A DNA stretch of 64,000 nt from a virus (IMGVR_UViG_3300037067_007801:1-64000), one strand, 5' to 3'. Positions 35,971-45,884 are shown, counted from the first letter of the stretch. Made by a program: numbers and translations. Notes: generated by a model not told the origin, from the letters alone.

Positions 35971-38181
35971 ATGACGACACCCGGACTCGGAAGGCATCGA
36001 GCACTGAAGCGTCTCACCGACGCCCACATCGCGAACGTCAGCAACCCGCACAGCGTGACCGCTGCGCAACTCGGGCTCACTGGTCCGATGGACTACAAAG
36101 GAAACGTCGCGGCTGCGGCGAACTTCCCGACTCCCGCCACCGTTTTGAACGGTGATACCTACAGGTGCTCGTCCCCGTGCACCGACAACGATCCGACGAA
36201 GACCAATACCGGGCAGACATTCGTGTACGGCGAATTGCTCACCTGGAACGGCACCGGGTGGGATGTCTTCGAAGGTGATCTGACTCCGGCGGCTCAGACG
36301 GCTGGTGCTGGCGCGGTCGGTGTCGCGATTCCGATCACGGCTGGTGCTGGTTCTGCGGCTGCGGCTGCGGTTGCTGGTGCGCTCGGTGGCGCTCTCACGA
36401 TGGCTGGTGGCGCTGGTGGTGCCTCGGATGGTACCGATCTCGCTGCGGCCGGTGGGACCGCCTCTCTCACGGGTGGTGCTGGTGGTGCCGCGCACACGGC
36501 GGTTGCCGGTGCGAATGGCGCAACTGCCACGCTCGCTGGCGGTGTCGGTGGTCTCGGTTCTGCTGGTGCCGCGGCTGGCAACGGTGGAAACGCCGTCATG
36601 AACGCAGGTCACGGAGGGGCCACTGGTGGTGGTGGTGCCGGTACCGATGGCGTAGTTCAGATCGGTTCTGCCAACACCTCGGCTGTCCAGATCGGAAACA
36701 CGACCGACAACCCGGCAACTACGTTCCTCGGAACTGGTACCGTCACGATCCCGACCTTCCTTGCCAATGGTCGCGCGAATCAGGCGATTACTCCGGCCGC
36801 ACAGGTTGCTGGCGCTGGCACGGTCGGCGCGAATGTCACGGCAACGGCTGGCGCCGGTTCTGCGGCGGTCGGTGCTGCGGCTGCCGCAGTCGGTGGTGCA
36901 CTTGCTGCAACTGGCGGTGTCGGTGGTGCGTCTGATGGTACGGGCGCTGCGGCGAATGGCGGGACAGCTGCACTTCGCGGTGGTGCCGGTGGCGCTGCGC
37001 ATACCGCCATCGTCGGTGGGATCGGTGCGACGGCAACGGTAGCCGGTGGTGCCGGTGGTGCTGGGTCTGCTGGCGCAGCCGGTGGCGCTGGCGGAAACGC
37101 TCTGCTCAACGCCGGTCCTGGTGGTGTGACTGGTGGTGCTGGTGCTGGCGCGGATGGGAACGTTCAGATCGGCTCGGCTGATACCGCCGTGATTCAGATC
37201 GGGAACGTCACGGATAACCCGGCTACCACGTTCCTCGGCACGGGCATCGTTACGATTCCGACGCTGCTGGTCAACGGACTGGCGAATCAGGCCATTACGC
37301 CCGCTGCGCAGACCGTTGCCGGGACCGTCGGTGCGAATGTCACCGCGACTGCCGGTGCCGGTTGCATCGCTGGCGGTGTCGCTGGTGCGATGGGCGGTGC
37401 GTTCGCGGCGGCTGGCGGTGTCGGCGGCGCTTCGGACGGTGCTGCTGCTGCTGGTGATGGTGGAACGGCAGCCATGACGGGTGGCGCGGGTGGCGCGGCT
37501 CACACGGCCATCGTTGGCGGTGTTGGCGCAACAGCGACGGTCACTGGTGGCGCGGGCGGCGCTGGTTCGGCTGGCGCGGCTGGCGGGGCCGGTGGCAATG
37601 CCGTCTTCAACGCGGGCGCTGGTGGCGTGACGGGCGGCGGTGGTGCTGGTGCGAACGGCAACGTGCTCGTCGGGTCGGCGAACACCGCGGCGATCATCCT
37701 CGGCAACGTCACGACAAACCCGGGTGTCCAGCTTCTCGGCACCGGGAACATCAACCTACTCGGCGGTGGCGCGATTCTGCACCCCGACCTCGTTCGCGTG
37801 ACGATCGTCGCGACTGGTGGCGTCGGTGGCGCGACGGCCGGGACGATCAGCGTCCAGGTCAGCGACCTCGCCGGGACCGCGATCGGCCGGGCCGTCAAGC
37901 TCCGGCTCGACTCGAGTCTGACGCAGTTCGGTGGTGGTGTCGGCGCGACTGGCACCGCGTTCTTCGGTGCTGCTACGACTGGCGTGATCAACCACGGGAC
38001 GGGCACCCTGTATGCCATCGTCACGACCGACGCTACCGGGCTCTACGAGGGTGCGCTCGCGGACAACGCCGATGAGACCGCGTGGTTCAGCGCGACGCAC
38101 GCCTGTGGCGGGTTCGCGAACGCCGCCGAGGGCTGCATCGTTGTCGAGTGCGTACCGAACGACGCGACCTGGGCTGCGTAG
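35971..38181 (+). CDS. Gly/Ala-rich virion fibre-like protein with three 169-aa repeats
   Basis: TPAAQ-starting units at 36283, 36790, 37297 (507-bp period). Confidence 0.7.
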   Translation: MTTPGLGRHRALKRLTDAHIANVSNPHSVTAAQLGLTGPMDYKGNVAAAANFPTPATVLNGDTYRCSSPCTDNDPTKTNTGQTFVYGELLTWNGTGWDVFEGDLTPAAQTAGAGAVGVAIPITAGAGSAAAAAVAGALGGALTMAGGAGGASDGTDLAAAGGTASLTGGAGGAAHTAVAGANGATATLAGGVGGLGSAGAAAGNGGNAVMNAGHGGATGGGGAGTDGVVQIGSANTSAVQIGNTTDNPATTFLGTGTVTIPTFLANGRANQAITPAAQVAGAGTVGANVTATAGAGSAAVGAAAAAVGGALAATGGVGGASDGTGAAANGGTAALRGGAGGAAHTAIVGGIGATATVAGGAGGAGSAGAAGGAGGNALLNAGPGGVTGGAGAGADGNVQIGSADTAVIQIGNVTDNPATTFLGTGIVTIPTLLVNGLANQAITPAAQTVAGTVGANVTATAGAGCIAGGVAGAMGGAFAAAGGVGGASDGAAAAGDGGTAAMTGGAGGAAHTAIVGGVGATATVTGGAGGAGSAGAAGGAGGNAVFNAGAGGVTGGGGAGANGNVLVGSANTAAIILGNVTTNPGVQLLGTGNINLLGGGAILHPDLVRVTIVATGGVGGATAGTISVQVSDLAGTAIGRAVKLRLDSSLTQFGGGVGATGTAFFGAATTGVINHGTGTLYAIVTTDATGLYEGALADNADETAWFSATHACGGFANAAEGCIVVECVPNDATWAA

Positions 38182-38234
38182 TAGTTCTCCGTCTCACTCC
38201 AAAATAAACAAGTCGTGTTGACGCTCGCTCAACG

Positions 38235-38269
38235 AAGATTTCGACAGCGATTCGACGTTGCTGCATAGT
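38235..38269 (+). promoter_or_regulatory. Putative late promoter
   Basis: AAGATT-TCGACA-17 bp-CATAGT. Confidence 0.65.
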
Positions 38270-38306
38270 GGTCTCGAAAGACGCTACGAACTGGAGCGCA
38301 TAACCA

Positions 38307-39896
38307 ATGACCGAAGCCACGCGCAAGTTGTTCCGAGTTCCCGCCGTGCAGTTGGACGGGATGTCGGAACCGAACGATCGTCCGAAGTGGCAGCATGTCG
38401 CGACATCTGGCACGTACGCTGGGTACGTCAAGGCAGGCGGTCAACTGTCGTTCGAGTTCACGCGCAAGACGTTTGAGGAGATGGTCGCGAACCTTCGCGC
38501 GATGCCAGAGTACCACAAGGGTGCGGACGGCTTCGGTGACAAGGATACGATCCCGTGGGACTTCGAGCACGCGACCGACGCATTCGCGTCTGAAGTTGCG
38601 GTGACCGGAGCACCGGCACAGGGATGGGTGCTCGATCTCGACATCCGAACTGGTACGGACGGCACAGTACAACTCTGGGCTCTAACCCGGTGGCTTCCGA
38701 CTGCGGAACAGTACGTGCGCGACGGCGCTTACAAGTGGGCATCGGTGTCATGTCTCTTCAATGCGGTCGATCCGAAAAGCGGACAGCGCGTTGGCGCGAA
38801 GGTCTACGCCATCGCGATCACGAACACGCCGTTCATTCAGGGCTTGCAGCAACTCGCCGCGTCTCGTCTGAACGGTTGGTTCGAAGCTGTGTCGACTCCG
38901 TTACAGGCCGTTGCCGCACTCAAGGAAATGCTCGGGCTGAAAGAGACGGACGACGTTGGCGCGGTCATGGCCGAAGTCGCTCGCATGCGGCAATGGCTCG
39001 AATTAAACGCGGTCCCGCTCGGTGTCGACATGGAAGGGATTATCGGCGCGATCCGCAAGGTGCTCGTGCTGCCGGCCCTGACGCCGGCCGCGTCTGTGTT
39101 GGATGAAGTGTCAAGAATCGCGAGCGCGTTGCTTGCCGAACAGGCTGCCACGACTCGACAGCAAACCGGGCCGACGATGGCCTCGACAGAAGGAGACATG
39201 GAAATGCTGAAGACTCTCTCGAAGGAACTGGGCGTTCGCGAGGGGGAAACCGAGGTCGTCGCGGCCGTGAAGGACTCGGTGTCCCTGCGCGCACAGGTGA
39301 AGGCGGCGATCGGCGCCACGAAGGACACCACTGAGGCGCTCTGTGCCGAGGTGGTCGAGCTGACCGCGGACCGCAAGGGGCTCGTGTCCCTGCGCAAGGC
39401 GCTCGGCGCTTCGACGCACGAGGACGCCGTGTCCCGCGTGGCGGTGCTGCTCGAGGCCGAGAAGAAACTCGGCGAGCTCGAGCCGAAGCACAAGGCGCTC
39501 GAGGCCAAGATCGCGGAGCAGGACAAGGCGAAGGCCGAGACCGAGGTCCGCGAGGTTCTGGCCGCGCGGCGTCTGTCCGACGACATGTTCGACGCGCTGC
39601 TCGAGCTGCGACTGAACAAGCCGGAGAAGTTCGTCGAGCGGTTCCCGAAGCTCGGCGACAAGGCCGTGTTGACGCAGCCGGGTGTCGCGGGCAAGCCGGT
39701 CATCACGGCTCCTGCCGCTGGTGCCACGGATGACGCCACGGTCATCGATCTGACGGCGACGAAGGGTCGCAACCTGACGAACCGCCTCATGACCTGGGTG
39801 CGGAGCAACGAGACGAACATGGCGACTGCCGATCACGACAAGGTGTGGCGGCGGGCCTGCGAACTGAAACGAACCGGAAAGGTAGTCGGTCAGTGA
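38307..39896 (+). CDS. Mu gp32-like prohead protease/scaffold
   Basis: PWDFEH, WASVS, AITNTPFIQGLQQLAAS; coiled-coil C-terminal half. Confidence 0.8.
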   Translation: MTEATRKLFRVPAVQLDGMSEPNDRPKWQHVATSGTYAGYVKAGGQLSFEFTRKTFEEMVANLRAMPEYHKGADGFGDKDTIPWDFEHATDAFASEVAVTGAPAQGWVLDLDIRTGTDGTVQLWALTRWLPTAEQYVRDGAYKWASVSCLFNAVDPKSGQRVGAKVYAIAITNTPFIQGLQQLAASRLNGWFEAVSTPLQAVAALKEMLGLKETDDVGAVMAEVARMRQWLELNAVPLGVDMEGIIGAIRKVLVLPALTPAASVLDEVSRIASALLAEQAATTRQQTGPTMASTEGDMEMLKTLSKELGVREGETEVVAAVKDSVSLRAQVKAAIGATKDTTEALCAEVVELTADRKGLVSLRKALGASTHEDAVSRVAVLLEAEKKLGELEPKHKALEAKIAEQDKAKAETEVREVLAARRLSDDMFDALLELRLNKPEKFVERFPKLGDKAVLTQPGVAGKPVITAPAAGATDDATVIDLTATKGRNLTNRLMTWVRSNETNMATADHDKVWRRACELKRTGKVVGQ

Positions 39897-39910
39897 ACGG
39901 AGGAAGGAAA

Positions 39911-41228
39911 TTGACATCCACCGTCCGCTATTGAAGCGGGCGACTTCCTGGTGAAACGTGAGAAGCACGAGACAGAGCAGGTTGGTTCGCAGTTCGACGA
40001 CCGATGCGCGACTTGGCGAGGGCCTTGCCACGTCTTCTACGGTCTCCCTGCGCGTTTACCCTGTCGGAGTGTCCCTCCGCCAGAATGTTCTGTGCTGCGT
40101 TCTCGTCACGGTCGTGTACTGCCCCGCACTCTGGGCAAGCCCACTCACGGACGGAGAGCGGCAAGCGTTCGACGATGTGCCCGCAGTCGTGGCACCGTTT
40201 GCTGGATGGGAAGAAGCGATCCACCTTGGCGAGCGTCTTCCCGTAGCGGTCGCACTTGTACTCCAGGAGTCGCGCGAACTGGCCCATCGAAGCGTCACTG
40301 AGAGCGCGGGCGAGACAGTGGTTTTGGACCATACCGCACACGTTCAAGTCTTCGATGCAGATCGTGTCGAACCGGCGAACGATGTCGGTGGTGACCTTGT
40401 GCATGTGGTCGAGACGCGAGTCGGAGATCTGCGACTGAATGCGGGCGACCTTGATACGTTGGCGATCTCGTCGGTGACTTCCTTTCTTGCGTCGCGCGAG
40501 CACGCGCTGTGCCTTGGCGAGTTTACGGGCCTTTTTCTGGGACAGACGCGGGTTGACGACGTGTTCGCCGTTGGACAGGGTGGCGAGCCGGTTGATACCG
40601 AGATCGATGCCGATGGACTCGCCGGTCTTCGGCAAGGGGGCAACTGGTTCATCGAGAACCAACGTGATGAAGTACCGTCCATCGCTGCGCTTGGTTATCG
40701 TCGCAGTAGTGGGAGTACTCGTGAAGGTTCTCGACCAGTGGACATCGAGGAGACCGAGTTTGGCGATAGTCAGGTTGCGGTTGGCAGCGTCATACTTGAA
40801 GGCGCTCAACGTGTACTCTGCGGCCTGTGGACCGTGCTTTTTCTTGAAGGACGGGTAGCCGGTGCGCTTGCCGAAGAAGTTCCGGAACGCGGTTTGAAGA
40901 TGCCGAAGCGCCTGTTGCGTCGGGACGCAGGAGATCTCGTTGAGCCATGCAGTTCGCTTCTGCTTCTTCAACTGCGTGAGGGCGGAAGACGAGGCGTTGT
41001 AGTTTACGTTCTCTCCGACGTGGTGAGCATCGGTGCGAGCGCGGAGTGCCCAGTTGTAGACGAAACGACAGGCTCCGAAGGTCCGCGCCAGCACGCGCTC
41101 TTGCGGCGGAGTTGGGTAGAACCGGAATCTGTAACGGATTTTCACAATATCAACCGTACTCGTGTGAAAGACGCGAGTCAAGAAAGGATTGACGCTTCCC
41201 CTGTCGTTTGAAAACGACAGCATCTGCG
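39911..41228 (-). mobile_element. IS200/IS605-family element, tnpB only (no tnpA)
   Basis: Minus-strand right end hairpin CCGCT-TCAAT-AGCGG...GGATGTCAA ending at 39911; perfect 9-bp hairpin at 41201-41220 at the other end; left boundary approximate. Confidence 0.75.
39928..41145 (-). CDS. tnpB: TnpB RNA-guided endonuclease
   Basis: RFRFYPT, GIDLG, IEDL, CHDCG...CPECG, DRDENAAQNI; promoter TTGACT-17-TACGGT 7 nt before GTG. Confidence 0.95.
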   Translation of the reverse strand: MKIRYRFRFYPTPPQERVLARTFGACRFVYNWALRARTDAHHVGENVNYNASSSALTQLKKQKRTAWLNEISCVPTQQALRHLQTAFRNFFGKRTGYPSFKKKHGPQAAEYTLSAFKYDAANRNLTIAKLGLLDVHWSRTFTSTPTTATITKRSDGRYFITLVLDEPVAPLPKTGESIGIDLGINRLATLSNGEHVVNPRLSQKKARKLAKAQRVLARRKKGSHRRDRQRIKVARIQSQISDSRLDHMHKVTTDIVRRFDTICIEDLNVCGMVQNHCLARALSDASMGQFARLLEYKCDRYGKTLAKVDRFFPSSKRCHDCGHIVERLPLSVREWACPECGAVHDRDENAAQNILAEGHSDRVNAQGDRRRRGKALAKSRIGRRTANQPALSRASHVSPGSRPLQ

Positions 41229-41242
41229 TCAAGGAGGAATCG

Positions 41243-41641
41243 ATGACCGAACTTACCAGAGTGGTTCCGGACAAGGGCATCCGCCAGGTGTACAACGGCA
41301 CCGGCGGCACGCTGTTGCAGGGCAGCTTCGTCAAACTGAAGGCGGCCCCCACGTACAAGAACCAGATCGAGGCCGCGGACGGCAACACCGATGCGTATTA
41401 CGGTGTGCTGACGGCAGACCTCGCCGACCTCTCCTACGGCGACTGCCAGATCGAGGGTGTTGCTCTCGTGCTCGGTGGCGAGGCCGTCGCTGTCGGTGCC
41501 AGGGTGATGCCTGGTCTTACCGGCACGGGGTTCACTTGCACGGCGGGAAACAGCGTTGTCGGCATCGCCGTCACGCTCGGGGCTGCTGCAACTCTGTTCG
41601 AGGTCGAACTGGCCAAGGGCAGCGCCAGGATGCCTGGCTAG
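41243..41641 (+). CDS. Head decoration/cement-like protein (DUF2190-like)
   Basis: Small Gly/Ala/Val-rich protein between protease and capsid. Confidence 0.6.
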   Translation: MTELTRVVPDKGIRQVYNGTGGTLLQGSFVKLKAAPTYKNQIEAADGNTDAYYGVLTADLADLSYGDCQIEGVALVLGGEAVAVGARVMPGLTGTGFTCTAGNSVVGIAVTLGAAATLFEVELAKGSARMPG

Positions 41642-41660
41642 GCCAGGAAGGAGCAATCAG

Positions 41661-42710
41661 ATGAATTCCAACAGCATGTTCAAGCTCTCTGGCATCAACG
41701 CCGGTTTCAACGGCGGCTCGGTGCAGGCGATCGACGTCCAGACGGGGCAGCGCGTGTCGCTGTCTCTGGCGCCGTCGGACGTTCACGACGCGAGCGAGGT
41801 TCCGGAGCTTCTCCAGAGCTACAAGTCCATGAAGTTCCGGGCGGATGAGATCTGCCCGGTGATTCCGGTGGATCAGCTCTCGGACAAGTACCGGATCTTC
41901 TCGAGCGACAACGCGTTCCAGCCCGTGGTCGTGAAGACCTCCGGCGAGGCGGCGGTTGCCGAGGTGGATCCCGAGTCGGCTCTGTCCACCTACACCTGCG
42001 TGCTCCGCGCGATCGGTTGCTTCATTTCGGCCCAGACCGAGATGAGCGCCGAGTTCGACGTGAAGGCGCGTGCGGCGAAGCGGTGTGCGGACGCCATCTA
42101 CCGTGACATCGAGATCGACGTCATGACGATGCTCGGCACGAACACCAACTGGAACGCCGCGGTTCGCACGGCGGCCGGCACGGCGTGGGATCAGGCTGGC
42201 TCGACGCCGATCGTCGATCTCCAGACCGCGATCCGCAAGTCGTACCAGGAGGTCAAGGCGATCGCCATCAACCTCCAGACGGCTTTCGCGCTGATCAACC
42301 ATGACGACACGAAGGACCTGATGCGGCAGTTCAAGGGCGACCTGCCCGTGAGCGACGCGCTGAACCAGATCGCGAAGGCGCCGATGTCCTCGATCGACTT
42401 CACGATCCCGACGCTGCCGCCGTTCAAGGTGGTCGGGTCGCAGTACGTGAACGGCGCCGGCACGAAGGTCGACACGCTCGGCAAGGTTGCCGTGCTCATC
42501 TGCGGGCCGGACATCCCGATGCCGGATGAGATCATGTCGGCGGCGTCGTTCCGCTGGCGCGGGCCGTCGGGCACCGGCTGGAGCTCCCGCGAGTTCACGG
42601 TCGATGCGCGCGGTCCTTGGGGCGGCACCATGATGGTCGTGAGCGAGGCGTCGGCTCAGGTGATGGTTGCCAACATCGCTGGCGGCATCATCACGAACAC
42701 CGCGACGTAG
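41661..42710 (+). CDS. Major capsid protein
   Basis: 349 aa, highly biased codons, position after protease/decoration genes. Confidence 0.8.
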   Translation: MNSNSMFKLSGINAGFNGGSVQAIDVQTGQRVSLSLAPSDVHDASEVPELLQSYKSMKFRADEICPVIPVDQLSDKYRIFSSDNAFQPVVVKTSGEAAVAEVDPESALSTYTCVLRAIGCFISAQTEMSAEFDVKARAAKRCADAIYRDIEIDVMTMLGTNTNWNAAVRTAAGTAWDQAGSTPIVDLQTAIRKSYQEVKAIAINLQTAFALINHDDTKDLMRQFKGDLPVSDALNQIAKAPMSSIDFTIPTLPPFKVVGSQYVNGAGTKVDTLGKVAVLICGPDIPMPDEIMSAASFRWRGPSGTGWSSREFTVDARGPWGGTMMVVSEASAQVMVANIAGGIITNTAT

Positions 42711-42717
42711 TAGCAGT

Positions 42718-42783
42718 CGCGGGAATGGCCGGGAGTTAGGGTCCCGGGCAACCCGCCCGCCTATCCTCCCGGTCGCACCCGCG
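42718..42783 (+). terminator. Long GC-rich stem-loop after capsid gene (terminator or stability element)
   Basis: CGCGGG/CCCGCG, GGCCGGGAG/CTCCCGGTC, TAGG/CCTA pairings; no U-tract. Confidence 0.4.
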
Positions 42784-42797
42784 GCATGGAGGACAAA

Positions 42798-43562
42798 ATG
42801 CGATCTCTCGATTTTCTTCTGGATGTCGCCAATGGTGGCGTTCCCGGTCTCGAGCACGTCCACGTGTTTGGGCAGAACCCCGACGTGGATACCGGCACGG
42901 ACCCCGAAGACGTGTGGGATGGAGAAGGCCTGTACAACTACACGGCTGCCGGTGGAGCTCCGTACTTCATCTCGTCGAGCAACAACGGTGACGTCATCGC
43001 CGTCACGTTGACGCTGCTGACTGAGGACTCCTTGGGTGCCTGGAATGAGGAGACGTTCAACGTCACGCTGGTCGGGCAGACCAAGACGGCGATCGTTACT
43101 CCGAGTGGCGACGACCCGGTGCGGTTGCAGTCCATCGTCAACGCCACGGGCACGGCACTGGCCGGCGACGTCTACGTGTACGAGGACTCCGTGGTAGCGG
43201 CTGGTGTTCCGGCTGACCCCACGAAGATCCGCGGCAAGGTGCTGATCGGAAACGAGCGCACGCTCATGGCTCTGTACACGGTTCCGTCCGGCAAGACGGC
43301 GTACCTGTACGGGCGTGAGGTCGGTATCACCAGCGTTGCGGCAACCACGATGGACGCACGGTTCTACAAGCGGCTCGTCGGCGGGTTGTTCACGCTCGAG
43401 CAACGGGCGTTCGTGAGCAACTCCATCCTGGCCCGCTATGAGGACAGGCCGCCCATGCCTCGGTCGTATGCTGCGAAGACAGACCTGCGAGCCACGGCGT
43501 TCGCCGTGACCGTCGACAACACCGCTGTCGTCGCCGAGTTCGACCTCCTCCTGCTCGGGTAG
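42798..43562 (+). CDS. Putative virion protein
   Basis: GGAGG RBS; beta-rich composition. Confidence 0.6.
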   Translation: MRSLDFLLDVANGGVPGLEHVHVFGQNPDVDTGTDPEDVWDGEGLYNYTAAGGAPYFISSSNNGDVIAVTLTLLTEDSLGAWNEETFNVTLVGQTKTAIVTPSGDDPVRLQSIVNATGTALAGDVYVYEDSVVAAGVPADPTKIRGKVLIGNERTLMALYTVPSGKTAYLYGREVGITSVAATTMDARFYKRLVGGLFTLEQRAFVSNSILARYEDRPPMPRSYAAKTDLRATAFAVTVDNTAVVAEFDLLLLG

Positions 43563-43565
43563 TGG

Positions 43566-43594
43566 TTGCACTCCCGACACGTTGCTGGTATCTT
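43566..43594 (+). promoter_or_regulatory. sigma70 promoter of second tnpB, probably leaderless
   Basis: TTGCAC-17 bp-TATCTT; ATG 7 nt downstream. Confidence 0.6.
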
Positions 43595-43601
43595 CAGGAT
43601 A

Positions 43602-44786
43602 ATGATCCGCACATGCAAAGTGAAGTTGGGTCGAGCACAGAAGCAGGAAGAAAAACTGCAACGGGTACTTGGGCTTTGCTGCGCTCTATACAATGCGGCC
43701 TTACAGCAGCGACGCGAGTCGTGGCAGCGTCAGAGCATTTCGCTTTCATTCTACGATCAGTGCAAAGAGTTGACGCAGTTACGGGCTGACGATGAAGATT
43801 ACAAAAATCTTCCAACTCAGATGACACGGGCGACTTCGTTGCACCGTTTGGATGGGGCGTTTCAGGCGTTCTTCCGACGAGTGAAGAGTGGAGAGAAACC
43901 AGGATTCCCGCGTTACCGTAGTCACAATCGGTTTAATACGTTGACCTTCACGGCACATGACTGGTACATCGACAGGAAGAAACTCGTCCTGAAAATTGGG
44001 AAAGAACCTATCACGTTTCAGATGCGAAACGCAATTCACAGAGAAGGTGAGATCAAGGGTCTGCGGATCGTAAAGAGTGCGGCGCGTTGGTGGGCTCACT
44101 TTCTGGTGGACATCGGTCCGACACCGATGGTGAAGGAATCACGGAACGGCGTCGGCATCGACGTCGGACTGCGAACGTTCGCAACTCTGTCGGATGGAAC
44201 GCAGGTTGAACATCCACGCTTCCTGCAAAAGAGTCTTGATAAACTACGCGAGGACGGTCAGTCGGTCAGTCGAAAGAAGAAGGGTTCTCAGAACAGGGGT
44301 AAGGCAAAATTGGTGCTTGCCCGCTCGCACGAGAAGATTGCGAATCGACGCCGCAACTTCATCCATCAGACGGTAGCGACGCTGGTCAAACAGTACGACG
44401 GTTTCGCGGTAGAGAAACTCGACGTGCGTGAGATGTCGAACACGGAGAGCGAGCCGGATGGGATGACGAAGAAGGGAGCCCGCGGCTTACGACGCGGGAT
44501 TATGGATTCGGGCTGGACGATGTTCGGGACGCACCTCGCAGCCAAAGCGGAAGAAGCTGGGCTGCCGTTCGTGCGCGTGAATCCGAGAGGGACCAGTCAA
44601 CGGTGTTCAGGATGCGGGAGCACGGTACGAAAGACGCTGCGTGACAGGACTCACTGCTGCGTTGCATGCGGCTTGGTGCTAGACCGTGATGAAAACGCTG
44701 CGAGGAATATCAAACAACTTGCGAACGACCTGGGATGCAGGTCGGCGACCAGAGACGTGAGAGTCAAAGGCGCGGAGGTCTCCTAA
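43602..44786 (+). CDS. tnpB: TnpB RNA-guided endonuclease (second copy)
   Basis: GIDVG, VEKL, CSGCG...CVACG, DRDENAARNI; all three RuvC acidic residues present. Confidence 0.93.
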   Translation: MIRTCKVKLGRAQKQEEKLQRVLGLCCALYNAALQQRRESWQRQSISLSFYDQCKELTQLRADDEDYKNLPTQMTRATSLHRLDGAFQAFFRRVKSGEKPGFPRYRSHNRFNTLTFTAHDWYIDRKKLVLKIGKEPITFQMRNAIHREGEIKGLRIVKSAARWWAHFLVDIGPTPMVKESRNGVGIDVGLRTFATLSDGTQVEHPRFLQKSLDKLREDGQSVSRKKKGSQNRGKAKLVLARSHEKIANRRRNFIHQTVATLVKQYDGFAVEKLDVREMSNTESEPDGMTKKGARGLRRGIMDSGWTMFGTHLAAKAEEAGLPFVRVNPRGTSQRCSGCGSTVRKTLRDRTHCCVACGLVLDRDENAARNIKQLANDLGCRSATRDVRVKGAEVS

Positions 44787-44787
44787 A

Positions 44788-45537
44788 ATGGGATCACAAC
44801 CAAAGGCACAACTCATCGAGCGCGCGAAAGCGCTCGGTCTGAAAGTCGGCGACGACTGGACGCATCGTCAAATCAGAGATGCGATCATCATTGCCGAAAC
44901 CGAAGCAGAGATCGAGCGGGAGGACACGGACGAACGTCTCGGCGACTTCACCGCGTCATCCGATCCGATGATCCCTGAACCTCCAGTGTCTGATACGGCT
45001 TCGCTCCCGGTGGCGTCGGAGCCTGCCCCCATCGTGGCTCCGGCGCCGCCCTCAATTCCAGTGGACGCGCCGAAGGTCGAGACGCCGGAGCAGTTCACCA
45101 AAGAAGACATGACACTCGCGGCGCGGGCTTTCGCGAGGAAGTCTCTCGCCGATGCGTCTTCGTATGACCCGAATCGTCCTCGCATCGGAGCCGGTCGCTA
45201 CCACGTCCTGTGGACCGTGACGCTGTCAGGTAAGGCGGTGGACAATGGCATCGTGGATTTGAACGACGCCCAGGCCCGCTCGCTGGTTGCGCAGGGCGCG
45301 GTCGTTCACGTGGACGACTACGAGGCGTACCTCCGGCACAACGCCAGCACGAAGGCAGTGGCGAAGCCGCAGACGCATCCCACGAAGATCCCATCCGTTG
45401 CCGGACGCTACCGCACCATCGGTGGCGTGATGAAGAACGGCAAAGAGATCCCGCACGGGACCGTGGCCGAGTTCACCGCGACTGAAGTGGCCTCTCTTAC
45501 CAAGCCCGGGATGATCGCCATCGAGTTCGCCGACTAG
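44788..45537 (+). CDS. Hypothetical protein with short N-terminal helical domain and Pro-rich linker
   Basis: KAQLIERAKALGLKV...IRDAII. Confidence 0.6.
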   Translation: MGSQPKAQLIERAKALGLKVGDDWTHRQIRDAIIIAETEAEIEREDTDERLGDFTASSDPMIPEPPVSDTASLPVASEPAPIVAPAPPSIPVDAPKVETPEQFTKEDMTLAARAFARKSLADASSYDPNRPRIGAGRYHVLWTVTLSGKAVDNGIVDLNDAQARSLVAQGAVVHVDDYEAYLRHNASTKAVAKPQTHPTKIPSVAGRYRTIGGVMKNGKEIPHGTVAEFTATEVASLTKPGMIAIEFAD

Positions 45538-45581
45538 CCCTGCGCTCGGTTCTCTGCTACTCTGACTTTCGGAGGTAGCAC

Positions 45582-45866
45582 ATGGCCAAGAAATCCATCT
45601 GCGTGAACTGCGTCAACTTTCAGAAGCAAGCTGGCATCGGAGTCGTTGGTTCGGACGGCGAGCGCCGTGACACTGGGTACTACCACTGCTGTCAGGTGGC
45701 GATCGATACGGTGAAGAAACCGGACTACGTGCTCGGTGACTACTCCGTGGTAGAGGCCGATCTCCCGTCCGTGTTCTGCAAGGCGTGCAACGTGGCTGGC
45801 GAGTGCAAAGACTACGACGAGATCAAGGGTAAGACCCCGGTGTCGTTCGCGGAGAACGCTGGTTAA
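45582..45866 (+). CDS. Cys-rich hypothetical protein
   Basis: GGAGGT RBS; CVNC, HCC, CKAC. Confidence 0.6.
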   Translation: MAKKSICVNCVNFQKQAGIGVVGSDGERRDTGYYHCCQVAIDTVKKPDYVLGDYSVVEADLPSVFCKACNVAGECKDYDEIKGKTPVSFAENAG

Positions 45867-45884
45867 GACGTAGAGAGGTGGCCC

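Noticed and set aside
39958-41211. 417-aa plus-strand ORF
   Set aside because: Antisense shadow of tnpB with no motifs of its own.
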